A stretch of 24,000 nucleotides of DNA from Acidimicrobiales bacterium (GCA_035649475.1 DASRJM010000247.1:9046-33045); one strand, 5' to 3'; shown: positions 7,102 through 15,395, numbered from the stretch's first letter. Translations and numbers: made by a program. Notes: generated from the letters alone by a model not told the origin.

Positions 7102-9813
7102 ATGACACGCAGCGACGCCCGCGACGCGCCCGCAGGCGAGGACGCCCGCCGGCGGGTGCACATCGTCCCCCACACCCACTGGGACCGGGAGTGGTACGCG
7201 TCGTTCCAGACCTTCCGGCTGCGGCTGGTCGACCTGCTGGACGACCTGCTGCCCCGGATGGAGGGCGATCCGGCGTACGCACGGTTCCTGCTCGACGGGC
7301 AGTTGGCCGTCGTCGAGGACTACCTGGCGGTGCGGCCGGGCGAGGCCGAGCGGCTGCGGAGGCTCGTCGGCAGCGGGCGCATCGCGGTCGGGCCGTGGTA
7401 CACGCTGCCGGACGAGTTCCTGGTCGGCGGGGAGACCCTGGTGCGCAACCTGCAGCTGGGCCTGCGGGTGGGCGACCGGTTCGGCGGGGCCATGCCGGTC
7501 GGCTACCTGCCGGACATGTTCGGCCACGTGGCCCAGATGCCCCAGATCCTGGCCCAGTTCGGGTTCCAACATGCCGTCGTGTGGCGGGGCGTGCCCTCGG
7601 CCGTGGACCGCAGCGGGTTCTGGTGGGAGGCGCCCGACGGGACCACCGTGCGGGCCGAGTACATGCCCCAGGGCTACGGCAACGGCTCCGCCCTGCCCGA
7701 CGACGCCAAGGTGTTCGTCCGGGCGGTCGCGGGATTCGCCGAGGAGTGGGCCGACCTGATCACCGGGCCCGTGCTGTGGATGAACGGGACCGACCACCAG
7801 ATGCCCCAGCCCTGGCTGGGCCGGGTCGTGGCCGAGGCCAACGACGTCCAGGACGCGTACGACCTGCGCATCGTGTCCCTGGCCGAGCACCTGGCGGCCG
7901 CCCCCACGGACGGCCTGCCCACGTGGCGGGGCGAGCTGCGCTCCGGCGCCCGGGCCAACCTGCTGATGGGCGTGGTGTCGAACCGGGTCGACGTGCGGGC
8001 CGCCTCCGCCCGGGCCGAGCGGGCGCTGCTGGCCGGGGCCGAGCCCCTGTCCGCCCTGTTCCTGCCGCCGGAGCGGTGGCCGGGCGCGCTGCTCGACGAG
8101 GCCTGGCGGGCCGTCGTGCTCAACGCCGCCCACGACTCGGTGTGCGCCTGCTCGATCGACGACGTGTGCGACGCCGTGCTCACCCGCTACCGGGAGGCGG
8201 CCGACATCGGCGAGGGCCTGGCCGACCGGGCGCTGACGCAGCTGGCCGCCCGGGTCGACCACGACGGTCCCGTGGTCGTGAACCCGACGGCCCGGCCCCG
8301 CGGCGGGCTGGTCGAGGTGAGCGTCCCCGGGACCGAGGCGCCGCCCGGGACCCAGCGGCTGCGGGCACGGTGTGGCGAGTCGCTGCTGCACTCGGGCCCG
8401 CCGGAGATCGTGATCCCGGCCGCCCAGGAGGTCGACTGGATCCCCACCGTGTCCGCCTTCGCGGTCGAGGCCGAGGACGGCACCGTGCTCGTCGCCAACG
8501 AGCGGCGGGGCACCGAGCAGCTGGTGTCCGCGGAGGTGCGGGCCGCGCTCGACGCCCTGCGCACCGGGCACACCGGCCGGCTGCGGCTGACCGTCCGCCA
8601 GCCCGAGCAGGTGTCGGTCCTGGCGCATGTGGCCGGCGTGCCCGGGTTCGGCTGGCGGGGGTGGTCGCCCGGCGACGTGAGCGGCGTCGCGCCGGTGACC
8701 GTGTCCGAGCCCGAGGCCGCGGTCGGCGGCGAAGGCCCGGCGCTGGCCAACGGCCTGGTCTCCGTGGCCGTCGACCCGGCCGACGGGACATTCGCGCTCG
8801 ACCGCCACGCGGGCCTCGGCCGGCTCGTCGACGGCGGCGACTGCGGCGACACGTACAACTGGTGCCCGCCCGCCACCGACACCCTGGTCGACGCGCCCGA
8901 CGCCGTCGAGGTGCGGGTGCTGGAGCGGGGGCCGCTGCGGGCCCGCGTGCTGGTCTCGACCCGCCACAGCTGGCCGGCCGGGCGGGAGGGCCTCGAGCGC
9001 CGCACGGACGCCACCGTCGAGCACGACGTCCGCACCGTCCTGGAGCTGCGGGCGGGCGAGGCCTTCGTGCGGGTCGAGGTGAGCCTCGACAACGCCAGCC
9101 GCGACCACCGGCTGCGGGCCCACTTCCCGCTCCCCTCCCCCACTGCCGGGACCCGCGCCGAGTGCGCCTTCGGGACCGTCGACCGCGGCCCCGAGGCCGA
9201 GGGCGGCCCCACCGAGGCTCCGCTGGCCACCTACCCCGCGCAGCGCTTCGTGCAGGCCGGCGGGCTGACCGTCGTCCACGACGGCGTGACCGAGCACGAG
9301 CTGGTCGCCCCGACCGAGCTGGCGGTGACGCTGCTGCGGGCCACCGGGATGCTGTCGCAGATGCCGATGGCGACCCGGCCCCTGCCGGCGGGGCCGCTGG
9401 TCCCGGCCCCGGGTGCCCAGATGCTCGGGCCGGTCACGCGCCGCTACGCAGTGGCGGCCGGCGACGTGGATCCCTACGCGCTGGCCGACGCGGTCCTGGT
9501 CCCGCTGCGGGTGGCCTTCCCCGCCACCGCGGGCCGGGGCACCACGGTCGCCGAGGACGGCGCGCCGGCTCGGGACCTGCCGCCCGCGGGCACGGGCCTG
9601 ACCGTCACCGGCGCCGAGGTCTCGGCCGTGACCCGGGAGGGCGATGCGCTCCTCGTGCGGGTGTTCAACCCGGGCGACGAGCGCACGACCGTGGCGATCG
9701 AGGGGAGGCGGGGCTGGCTCGTCGACCTGCGCGGCCGCGCGCTGCTCGCGTTCGAGGGCGGCTTCGACCTGCGCCCCCGGGGCCTCGCGACCGTCGTCCT
9801 GGGGGACGGCTGA
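7102..9813 (+). CDS. Glycoside hydrolase family 38 alpha-mannosidase-like protein (MngB/mannosylglycerate-hydrolase type)
   Basis: Internal ATG (M54) of track ORF 6943..9813, 903 aa. The GH38 N-terminal signature VHIVPHTHWDREWY is followed by GPWYTLPDEFL and GYLPDMFGH. No signal peptide. Confidence 0.9.
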   Translation: MTRSDARDAPAGEDARRRVHIVPHTHWDREWYASFQTFRLRLVDLLDDLLPRMEGDPAYARFLLDGQLAVVEDYLAVRPGEAERLRRLVGSGRIAVGPWYTLPDEFLVGGETLVRNLQLGLRVGDRFGGAMPVGYLPDMFGHVAQMPQILAQFGFQHAVVWRGVPSAVDRSGFWWEAPDGTTVRAEYMPQGYGNGSALPDDAKVFVRAVAGFAEEWADLITGPVLWMNGTDHQMPQPWLGRVVAEANDVQDAYDLRIVSLAEHLAAAPTDGLPTWRGELRSGARANLLMGVVSNRVDVRAASARAERALLAGAEPLSALFLPPERWPGALLDEAWRAVVLNAAHDSVCACSIDDVCDAVLTRYREAADIGEGLADRALTQLAARVDHDGPVVVNPTARPRGGLVEVSVPGTEAPPGTQRLRARCGESLLHSGPPEIVIPAAQEVDWIPTVSAFAVEAEDGTVLVANERRGTEQLVSAEVRAALDALRTGHTGRLRLTVRQPEQVSVLAHVAGVPGFGWRGWSPGDVSGVAPVTVSEPEAAVGGEGPALANGLVSVAVDPADGTFALDRHAGLGRLVDGGDCGDTYNWCPPATDTLVDAPDAVEVRVLERGPLRARVLVSTRHSWPAGREGLERRTDATVEHDVRTVLELRAGEAFVRVEVSLDNASRDHRLRAHFPLPSPTAGTRAECAFGTVDRGPEAEGGPTEAPLATYPAQRFVQAGGLTVVHDGVTEHELVAPTELAVTLLRATGMLSQMPMATRPLPAGPLVPAPGAQMLGPVTRRYAVAAGDVDPYALADAVLVPLRVAFPATAGRGTTVAEDGAPARDLPPAGTGLTVTGAEVSAVTREGDALLVRVFNPGDERTTVAIEGRRGWLVDLRGRALLAFEGGFDLRPRGLATVVLGDG

Positions 9814-10908
9814 TCAGCCGAAGGCGGGGTAGCCGGGAGCCGGGTCGGCGCCGGCGAAGCCCTGGGCCTCGCGCCAGGCGGCCACGGCCGCGGTGACGTG
9901 GGGGAACGCGTCGTTGCCGGGCGCCGCGAGCAGGGACCCGGTCCACGCCGCGAGGCGGGGGCCCATGGTGGTTGTGCCCCAGGGGCTGCCGTCGTCGGGT
10001 GAGGCGGTCTGGTTGCCCACCCGGACCACGGCGAACAGGGCGAGGGCGGCGGCCACCGCCTCGGTCCACACGTCCCCGAGCTCGACGCCCGCGGCGGTCA
10101 CGGCGCCCTCGTACTCGGCGGCCGCCTCCGCCACGAGGCCCGGCGGGAGCCGGCCGAAGCACCAGCAGCTCGGGAAGGGCGCCAGCAGGTAGGCGAAGTC
10201 GAGCGCCACCGACGCCATGCTCGCCCGCTCGAAGTCGACGAGGCGGCAGCCCGCCACCGAGATGAGCACGTTGTCCGGGCAGGGGTCGCCGTGGACCAGG
10301 CCCACGTGCACCCGGGTGAGCAACGCGCGGATGCGGGCGATGTCGGCCGCCACCCCGCTCGCGGGGGCGATCGTCGCGAACGCCGGGACGGCCGCGTCGA
10401 GGCGCTCCAGCCACCACGGGGCCCGGACCGCCGGCAGGGCCCGCCGGCGGCGGGCGGCGGCGAAGCCGTCAGCCGTGCCGAGGGTGCCGGCGTGCATCGC
10501 CGCCATCGTGCGGGACCACGCCAGCACGTCCCCGCGGGCCACGCCGGCGTCGCCGCCGAGCAGCGCGTCGGCGAGCGTCCGCCCGTCCGGAAGCTCCTCC
10601 ATCGCCACGACGCCGAGGGCGTCGTCACCGCCGAAGAGCCGCGGGGCGACGCCGGGCGCGGTCCGGTCCAGGTGGTCGAGCGACGCCCACTCCAGCCGGA
10701 GGCCCTCGGGGTCGACCGGCCATGGCGAATCGCCCGCCGGCCGGGGCCGCTTGACCACCGCGCTGCGGCCTTCGCCGGTCGTCACCCGGGCGACGTGGTC
10801 GCGGGACGCAAGGCCGGTCGCGGACACGAGCGTCACCGGCGTGCCCCACGCTGCGGCCAGGACGGCCGAGACCGCGGCCCGCTCCGGGGCCTCGAGCGGG
10901 TCGGTCAC
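9814..10908 (-). CDS. Aminoglycoside-phosphotransferase-fold (APH/choline-kinase, ePK-like) kinase
   Basis: C-terminal 364 codons of track ORF 9814..11958. GTG 10908 overlaps the cyclase stop (GTGA). Catalytic motifs are LVHGDPCPDNVLI (HGDxxxxN) and LVDFERA, with an N-lobe Lys in SAVVKRP. Confidence 0.8.
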   Translation of the reverse strand: MTDPLEAPERAAVSAVLAAAWGTPVTLVSATGLASRDHVARVTTGEGRSAVVKRPRPAGDSPWPVDPEGLRLEWASLDHLDRTAPGVAPRLFGGDDALGVVAMEELPDGRTLADALLGGDAGVARGDVLAWSRTMAAMHAGTLGTADGFAAARRRRALPAVRAPWWLERLDAAVPAFATIAPASGVAADIARIRALLTRVHVGLVHGDPCPDNVLISVAGCRLVDFERASMASVALDFAYLLAPFPSCWCFGRLPPGLVAEAAAEYEGAVTAAGVELGDVWTEAVAAALALFAVVRVGNQTASPDDGSPWGTTTMGPRLAAWTGSLLAAPGNDAFPHVTAAVAAWREAQGFAGADPAPGYPAFG

Positions 10909-12044
10909 GGCCGCCGCCGGCGGGCGCGGCCGCGCTCGTCCGGCGCGGCGGCCGGCCGGAGCACCCACAGCGGCACCCGGCCGAAGTCCTTGAGGTAGCG
11001 CGGGCGCATGGACCGGACCCGGTAGCGCTCGTCGTCCGCCAGCTCGTTGCGCAGCTGCTCGTCGACCACGATCGTCCCCGGGAACGCCACTCCGGTGATC
11101 CGGCTCGCCAGGTTGACGACCGGCCCGTACAGGTCGCTCTCCCGCTCCAGCAGGTGCCCGTGGGCCATGCCGACCCGCAGGTCCATCAGGTCGTCGCTCC
11201 CCCGCGCCCCGTCGGCCAGAGCCAGGGCGATGTCGGCGCCGACCTGCGGCGAGTCGACGGTGAACATGACCTCGTCCCCGATCATCTTCACCACCCTCCC
11301 GCCCCGCGACGTCACGGTCTCGAACGCCAGCTGCTCGAACCGGTCGAGGATGACCGCGAGCCGGTCGTCGCCCGCTTGCTGGCTGAGCGCGGTCCAGCCG
11401 ACCAGGTCGGCGAACCCCACCACCCCCAGCGCACCGCCGCCGGTCTCGGCCATGCTGAGCCGCCGGCGGACCGCGGCCAGCAGGTGGCGGCGCCAGGCGG
11501 CGTTCAGCACGTCGGGCACGATCGGCAGCAGGGCGCTGGCGCCCACGACGATCTGGTCGTCGGTGACCGGCCGCCCGGCGACCGCGCCGCGGCGGGGCGA
11601 GCCGCTGACCCGAGCGCTGATGACGTCGACCTGGGCCGAGGCCACCCGGGCCATCGACGACCCGATCACCCGGCTCAGCTGCAGGACCAGCTCGTGGGAG
11701 GCCACGTCCTGGGCCATGAGGTGGCCGAGCTGCGTGAGGATGTCGAGGTCGGTCCGGGTGAAGGCGAGCTCGCCCGGCCGAGGCTCCGGGTAGCCGAGCG
11801 TCCGCCACAGCTGGGCGACCTGCTCGGCGGAGATGCCGGTGCGCGCGGTGACGTCGTCGAGCGTGTAGGCGGGCGCCTCCGGCACGATCAAACGCTCGAC
11901 CGCCAGGAGCGGCAGCGTGCCGTCCCGCTGGGCCCGGTCGAGCTCCTCGTCCGTGCACCCCAGGCTGCGCAGCATGTCCCGGACCGCCCGGACGGCATCG
12001 GGCCCCAGCTCCGCGGGGTCGAGGCCGCCAGGGCGCTCGCTCAC
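10905..12044 (-). CDS. Class III adenylate cyclase with Rv1264-like N-terminal regulatory domain
   Basis: 379 aa. The catalytic domain has VVGFADLVGWT, VKMIGDEVMF and YGPVVNLASRITGVA. The helical N-terminal half (LLAVERLI..., YTLDDVTARTGISAEQVAQLWRTLGYP) has the same architecture as M. tuberculosis Rv1264/Rv2212. The GTG start overlaps the upstream stop (GTGA). Confidence 0.9.
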   Translation of the reverse strand: MSERPGGLDPAELGPDAVRAVRDMLRSLGCTDEELDRAQRDGTLPLLAVERLIVPEAPAYTLDDVTARTGISAEQVAQLWRTLGYPEPRPGELAFTRTDLDILTQLGHLMAQDVASHELVLQLSRVIGSSMARVASAQVDVISARVSGSPRRGAVAGRPVTDDQIVVGASALLPIVPDVLNAAWRRHLLAAVRRRLSMAETGGGALGVVGFADLVGWTALSQQAGDDRLAVILDRFEQLAFETVTSRGGRVVKMIGDEVMFTVDSPQVGADIALALADGARGSDDLMDLRVGMAHGHLLERESDLYGPVVNLASRITGVAFPGTIVVDEQLRNELADDERYRVRSMRPRYLKDFGRVPLWVLRPAAAPDERGRARRRRP

Positions 12045-14329
12045 GCGAAGGATCCCCCGTCGTCCGGCCGCGGACCGGGGCCGGCGGGTCGCGCCGCCGC
12101 GCCCACCCGGAGGCCGTCGGCCCCGGCGGCGGGCCCGCCGGGGACCGGGCCGAGCAGCACCTCGCCGCGGGCGTCGGTCGTCGACCAGCCGGGCTCCAGG
12201 CCCGGTGCGGTGAGGCGCACCGGCTCAGTCCCGGGATGGGGCTCGACCTCCCAGAGCAGGGCGACCCGGTCGCCGTGCCAGCGCACGGCGTAGGACACCG
12301 TCCCGCGCCCGGTCGGTGCCCCGTGGACCTCCCAGCCCTGGCCGTACCAGGCGTCGGGGACGAGCGAGGCGAGCACGACGCCCTCGCCGTCCTCTCGCAC
12401 CAGGAGGTCCCGCACGAACGTCAGGACCCCGGCCGCGACCTCGACGTCGTGCCCGTCGCCGCCGCAGCCGCCCCCCAGCCGAGGGTGGACGAGCGTGGGC
12501 CACGCCCATGTCGGCCCGCCCACGTCGAGCAGCCAGTCGAGCCGGTCGAGTGCGCGGCGGTCACCGGCCCGGAGCTCGACGCCGGCCAGCAGGAGGGTCA
12601 GGGCCGGGCTGAGCCCGCCCGCGGCGGCGTGGAACACAGCCCGGCCGTCGCCCGGGGCGTGGCCCTCGCGCACCGCCCCGGCGGTGGCCAGCATGCGGGG
12701 ATCGCCGGCGGGCAGCAGCCCCAGCGGCGCGCACGCGGCCAGCGACGCGGCGGCCCCGCCGTCGAGCCGGCCCCCCGCGCGGGCGGGGACGGCGGGGGTA
12801 CCGAGACGCTCGGCGCTGCGGTCGAGGTCGTCGTCCACCGCGCCCCACAGGTCGTCGGCGAAGCCCCGGGCGTCGGCCGCGGCCTCGGGCTGGCCGGCAC
12901 CCGCCAGCACGTCGGCCGCACCCCGCATGCCGGCCACCGCCCACAGGTCGGTGGCGTGGCGGCGTCCGGCCGGACCCGCGCCGTCCTCCGGCGGGCCGGG
13001 CGGCAGCAGGCCCCCGGCACCCTCGGACCGCCGCACCCGCTCGACCCACTGCACGGCGTCGGCGACCGGCTCGACCACGGCCCCGGCCAGCGCCGCGTCG
13101 CGGGCCATCCGCCAGTGCCCGCCCAGCGCGACGAGGGTGGCGGTCGTGACCGCCGCGGTCCCGAGCGACCCGTCCGGCCGCGCCCCGGCGGCCAGGGCGG
13201 CCAGCGCGCCGCCGGCCTCGTCGTGGTACCCGTAGCGGTCGAGCGCGGCCGCCACAGCCGGGCTGCCGCCGGGCCGCAACAGGAGCTGACGCCGGGCGGC
13301 GGCCACCGCCGCGGCCAGCCGGTCGTCGGGCACGGCCAGCCGCGTCCCGCGGTCGGCCTGGGCCTGCCAGCCGGCCGCCACGGCCTCGGCCGGGGGCAGC
13401 ACCGCCGGGAACGACGCCGGCGCGTCTCCGAGCGGGAGCACCGCCCGCAGGGTCGCGCCGTGCGCCAGCGGCATCACGAACGCCGCCTGGGCCAGGCCGG
13501 CGGGGTCCCGCACGGGCCGCCGCCACCGCTCGCCGGCCCCGCCGCCGACCACCACCGCGGCCGAGTCGCCGCCGGCCAGCGTCGAGCCGGCCACCCGGCC
13601 GGGCGCCTTCGGCAGCACGAGCGCGGGCCGCCCGTCGACCGACACGGTGCCGCCGGCCAGGTCGATCCGCTCGACGATCGTGAGCGCCTCCGTCGTGTAG
13701 GGCCGCACCGCCAGGGCGACCGCCACCGGCATCCGCGACCGGTTCTCGACCTCGACCACCACGACCTCGCCGCCGCCCTCGGCCGAGCTGAGCCGGGCGG
13801 CGTACGTCCGGGCCACGGCGTCGCCCGAGGGGATGCTCATCGCCGTCTCGACGACCGGCGAGCCCTCGACCAGCCGCTGGCGCACGGCCACCTCCCGGGA
13901 CGGCAGGTGCCAGCGGTCGTCGGCCCCGATCCACCAGTCGAGCGACCAGCCGGCCCGGGGCGGGGTGACCAGGCCCCGGGGGTCGACCCGGGCGGTGCGG
14001 TCCGAGTCCAGGTTGCCGATGACGGTCCAGCTGCGGTGGGTGACGTTGGTCAGCAGCGGCAGAGGGCCCCGGGGGACGAACGCCGGCGAGGCCGGGTCCA
14101 GCTGGCGCTCGATCCAGAAGGGCCACACCCAGCCCGGCGCCGCGTCGGCCGCACCCCGGGAGCGCAGGGCGGCCGCGAGCGCCAGCGCCGCGTCCGGGGT
14201 CAGCTCGCGGGGCAGGCCGGTTGCGGGCGGGTCGTCCAGCCGCCCGTGGGCGGAGAGAAGCCGCACGGCGTCGTCGGGCACCCCGAGGGCCCGCAGCGTG
14301 CGGCGCAGCAGCCAGGACCGGGCGGGCAT
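12041..14329 (-). CDS. Large uncharacterised protein (762 aa), possibly beta-sandwich + six-hairpin glycosidase-like
   Basis: Uninterrupted ORF with strong G/C third-position bias. The ATG lies 4 nt after the gpsA stop. I cannot name a family motif, so the fold suggestion is inference from sequence texture only. Confidence 0.75.
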   Translation of the reverse strand: MPARSWLLRRTLRALGVPDDAVRLLSAHGRLDDPPATGLPRELTPDAALALAAALRSRGAADAAPGWVWPFWIERQLDPASPAFVPRGPLPLLTNVTHRSWTVIGNLDSDRTARVDPRGLVTPPRAGWSLDWWIGADDRWHLPSREVAVRQRLVEGSPVVETAMSIPSGDAVARTYAARLSSAEGGGEVVVVEVENRSRMPVAVALAVRPYTTEALTIVERIDLAGGTVSVDGRPALVLPKAPGRVAGSTLAGGDSAAVVVGGGAGERWRRPVRDPAGLAQAAFVMPLAHGATLRAVLPLGDAPASFPAVLPPAEAVAAGWQAQADRGTRLAVPDDRLAAAVAAARRQLLLRPGGSPAVAAALDRYGYHDEAGGALAALAAGARPDGSLGTAAVTTATLVALGGHWRMARDAALAGAVVEPVADAVQWVERVRRSEGAGGLLPPGPPEDGAGPAGRRHATDLWAVAGMRGAADVLAGAGQPEAAADARGFADDLWGAVDDDLDRSAERLGTPAVPARAGGRLDGGAAASLAACAPLGLLPAGDPRMLATAGAVREGHAPGDGRAVFHAAAGGLSPALTLLLAGVELRAGDRRALDRLDWLLDVGGPTWAWPTLVHPRLGGGCGGDGHDVEVAAGVLTFVRDLLVREDGEGVVLASLVPDAWYGQGWEVHGAPTGRGTVSYAVRWHGDRVALLWEVEPHPGTEPVRLTAPGLEPGWSTTDARGEVLLGPVPGGPAAGADGLRVGAAARPAGPGPRPDDGGSFA

Positions 14330-14333
14330 CGCG

Positions 14334-15338
14334 TCAGGACATGCCGTGCAGCTCGGCGCCGACGTCGCGCCGCAGCAGGCCCCGGTAGGCGTCGGCGGCC
14401 TTCCGGCCCTCGTGGATCACCTGGTAGATCTCCTGCGCGATCGGCATCTCGACGCCGTAGCGCTCGGCCACCTCGACGACGACCTTCGAGGTCTTGATGC
14501 CCTCGGCCACCATCTTCATCTCGGCGACGATCTCGTCGATCGACCTGCCCTTGCCCAGCTGCTCGCCGACGTAGCGGTTGCGGCTCTGGCGGGAGATGCA
14601 GGTGGCCACCAGGTCGCCCATGCCCGCCAGGCCGGCGAACGTGACCAGCTGTCCGCCCATGGCCGTGCCGAGGCGGGACAGCTCGGACAGGCCCCGGGTG
14701 ATGACCGCGGCCCGGGTGTTGTCGCCGGTGCCGAGGCCGTCGGCCATGCCCGACGCGATGGCGATGACGTTCTTGAGCGCCCCCGCCACCTCGCATCCGA
14801 CCACGTCCGGGTTGGTGTAGACCCGGAAGATCTTGTTGGCGAAGATCCGCTGCAGCTCGGCGGCGATGTGATCGTCCGAGAACGCGACGACCGACGCGGC
14901 GGCGTGGCCCGACAGGATCTCCTGGGCGAGGTTGGGCCCGGTGAGCGCCCCCACCGGGTGGCCGGGCAGCTCCTCGCTGATGACCTCGGTCATGCGCAGG
15001 TGGGTTCCCTGCTCCAGGCCCTTGGCCAGGCTCACCACCGGGATCCAGGGCCGCACGTGGGGCGCCAGCTCCTGGAGCGTGGCCCGCATCCCGTGGGACG
15101 GGACGCCCATGACCAGCACGTCGGCGCTGCCGGCCGCCTGGTCCAGCGACGAGGTGGCCACGAGCGCCTCGGGCAGCTCGAAGGGGGCCAGGTAGTCGCT
15201 GTTGCGGTGGTCGCGGGTGATCTCGTCGGCCAGCTCCTTGCGCCGAGCCCACAGCACCGTGGGGGTGTTGCGGCAGGCGAGAGCGGCGACCGTGGTCCCC
15301 CACGACCCGGCGCCGATCACGGCGACACGGATGGGCAT
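14334..15338 (-). CDS. gpsA: NAD(P)H-dependent glycerol-3-phosphate dehydrogenase
   Basis: Rossmann motif RVAVIGAGSWGT, plus LAKGLE, GPNLAQEI, GALKNVIAIASG and TCISRQSRNRYVG. ATG 15338 is chosen over GTG 15362 because TACGGT lies exactly 6 nt upstream. Confidence 0.95.
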   Translation of the reverse strand: MPIRVAVIGAGSWGTTVAALACRNTPTVLWARRKELADEITRDHRNSDYLAPFELPEALVATSSLDQAAGSADVLVMGVPSHGMRATLQELAPHVRPWIPVVSLAKGLEQGTHLRMTEVISEELPGHPVGALTGPNLAQEILSGHAAASVVAFSDDHIAAELQRIFANKIFRVYTNPDVVGCEVAGALKNVIAIASGMADGLGTGDNTRAAVITRGLSELSRLGTAMGGQLVTFAGLAGMGDLVATCISRQSRNRYVGEQLGKGRSIDEIVAEMKMVAEGIKTSKVVVEVAERYGVEMPIAQEIYQVIHEGRKAADAYRGLLRRDVGAELHGMS

Positions 15339-15344
15339 GCGCTC

Positions 15345-15350
15345 ACCGTA
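15345..15350 (-). promoter_or_regulatory. -10 hexamer TACGGT, 6 nt upstream of gpsA ATG (leaderless arrangement)
   Basis: Minus strand reads TACGGT-gagcgc-ATG. This is the textbook spacing for an actinobacterial leaderless transcript. Confidence 0.45.
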
Positions 15351-15389
15351 ATCGGCGACCACGGGATGGGAGCCGGGCGACGACCCGGG

Positions 15390-15395
15390 TACGCT
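15390..15395 (+). promoter_or_regulatory. -10-like hexamer TACGCT, 8 nt upstream of cofC GTG
   Basis: Plus strand reads TACGCT-ccgcgccg-GTG. There is no SD-like sequence. Confidence 0.35.

Noticed and set aside
6853-9297. 814-aa minus-strand ORF, plus the 901-aa +2-frame ORF 7191..9896 and others, covering the GH38 gene
   Set aside because: The translations are Arg/Pro/Gly-rich low-complexity strings with no motifs. Such long shadow ORFs are expected opposite or out of frame to real genes in very GC-rich DNA. The GH38 frame has clear family signatures.
9814-11958. 714-aa ORF suggesting a much longer kinase protein
   Set aside because: Only the C-terminal 364 codons look like a protein (APH-fold kinase). 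The N-terminal part is the out-of-frame shadow of the adenylate cyclase gene. GTG 10908 gives a GTGA overlap with the cyclase stop.
9814-14329. Pycsar/CBASS-like anti-phage system (nucleotide cyclase plus effector)
   Set aside because: The cyclase has the housekeeping Rv1264-type regulatory architecture. Neither neighbour shows a cyclic-nucleotide-binding, TIR, patatin, endonuclease or transmembrane effector signature that I can see. The locus is embedded in a core gpsA operon with no mobile-element context.
12236-14497. 753-aa plus-strand ORF antisense to the 762-aa gene (also 12561..14126, 12495..13235 and others)
   Set aside because: This is the same GC-rich shadow-ORF artefact, giving a repetitive R/P/G/A composition. 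The minus-strand frame is the one linked by start/stop coupling to gpsA and the cyclase.
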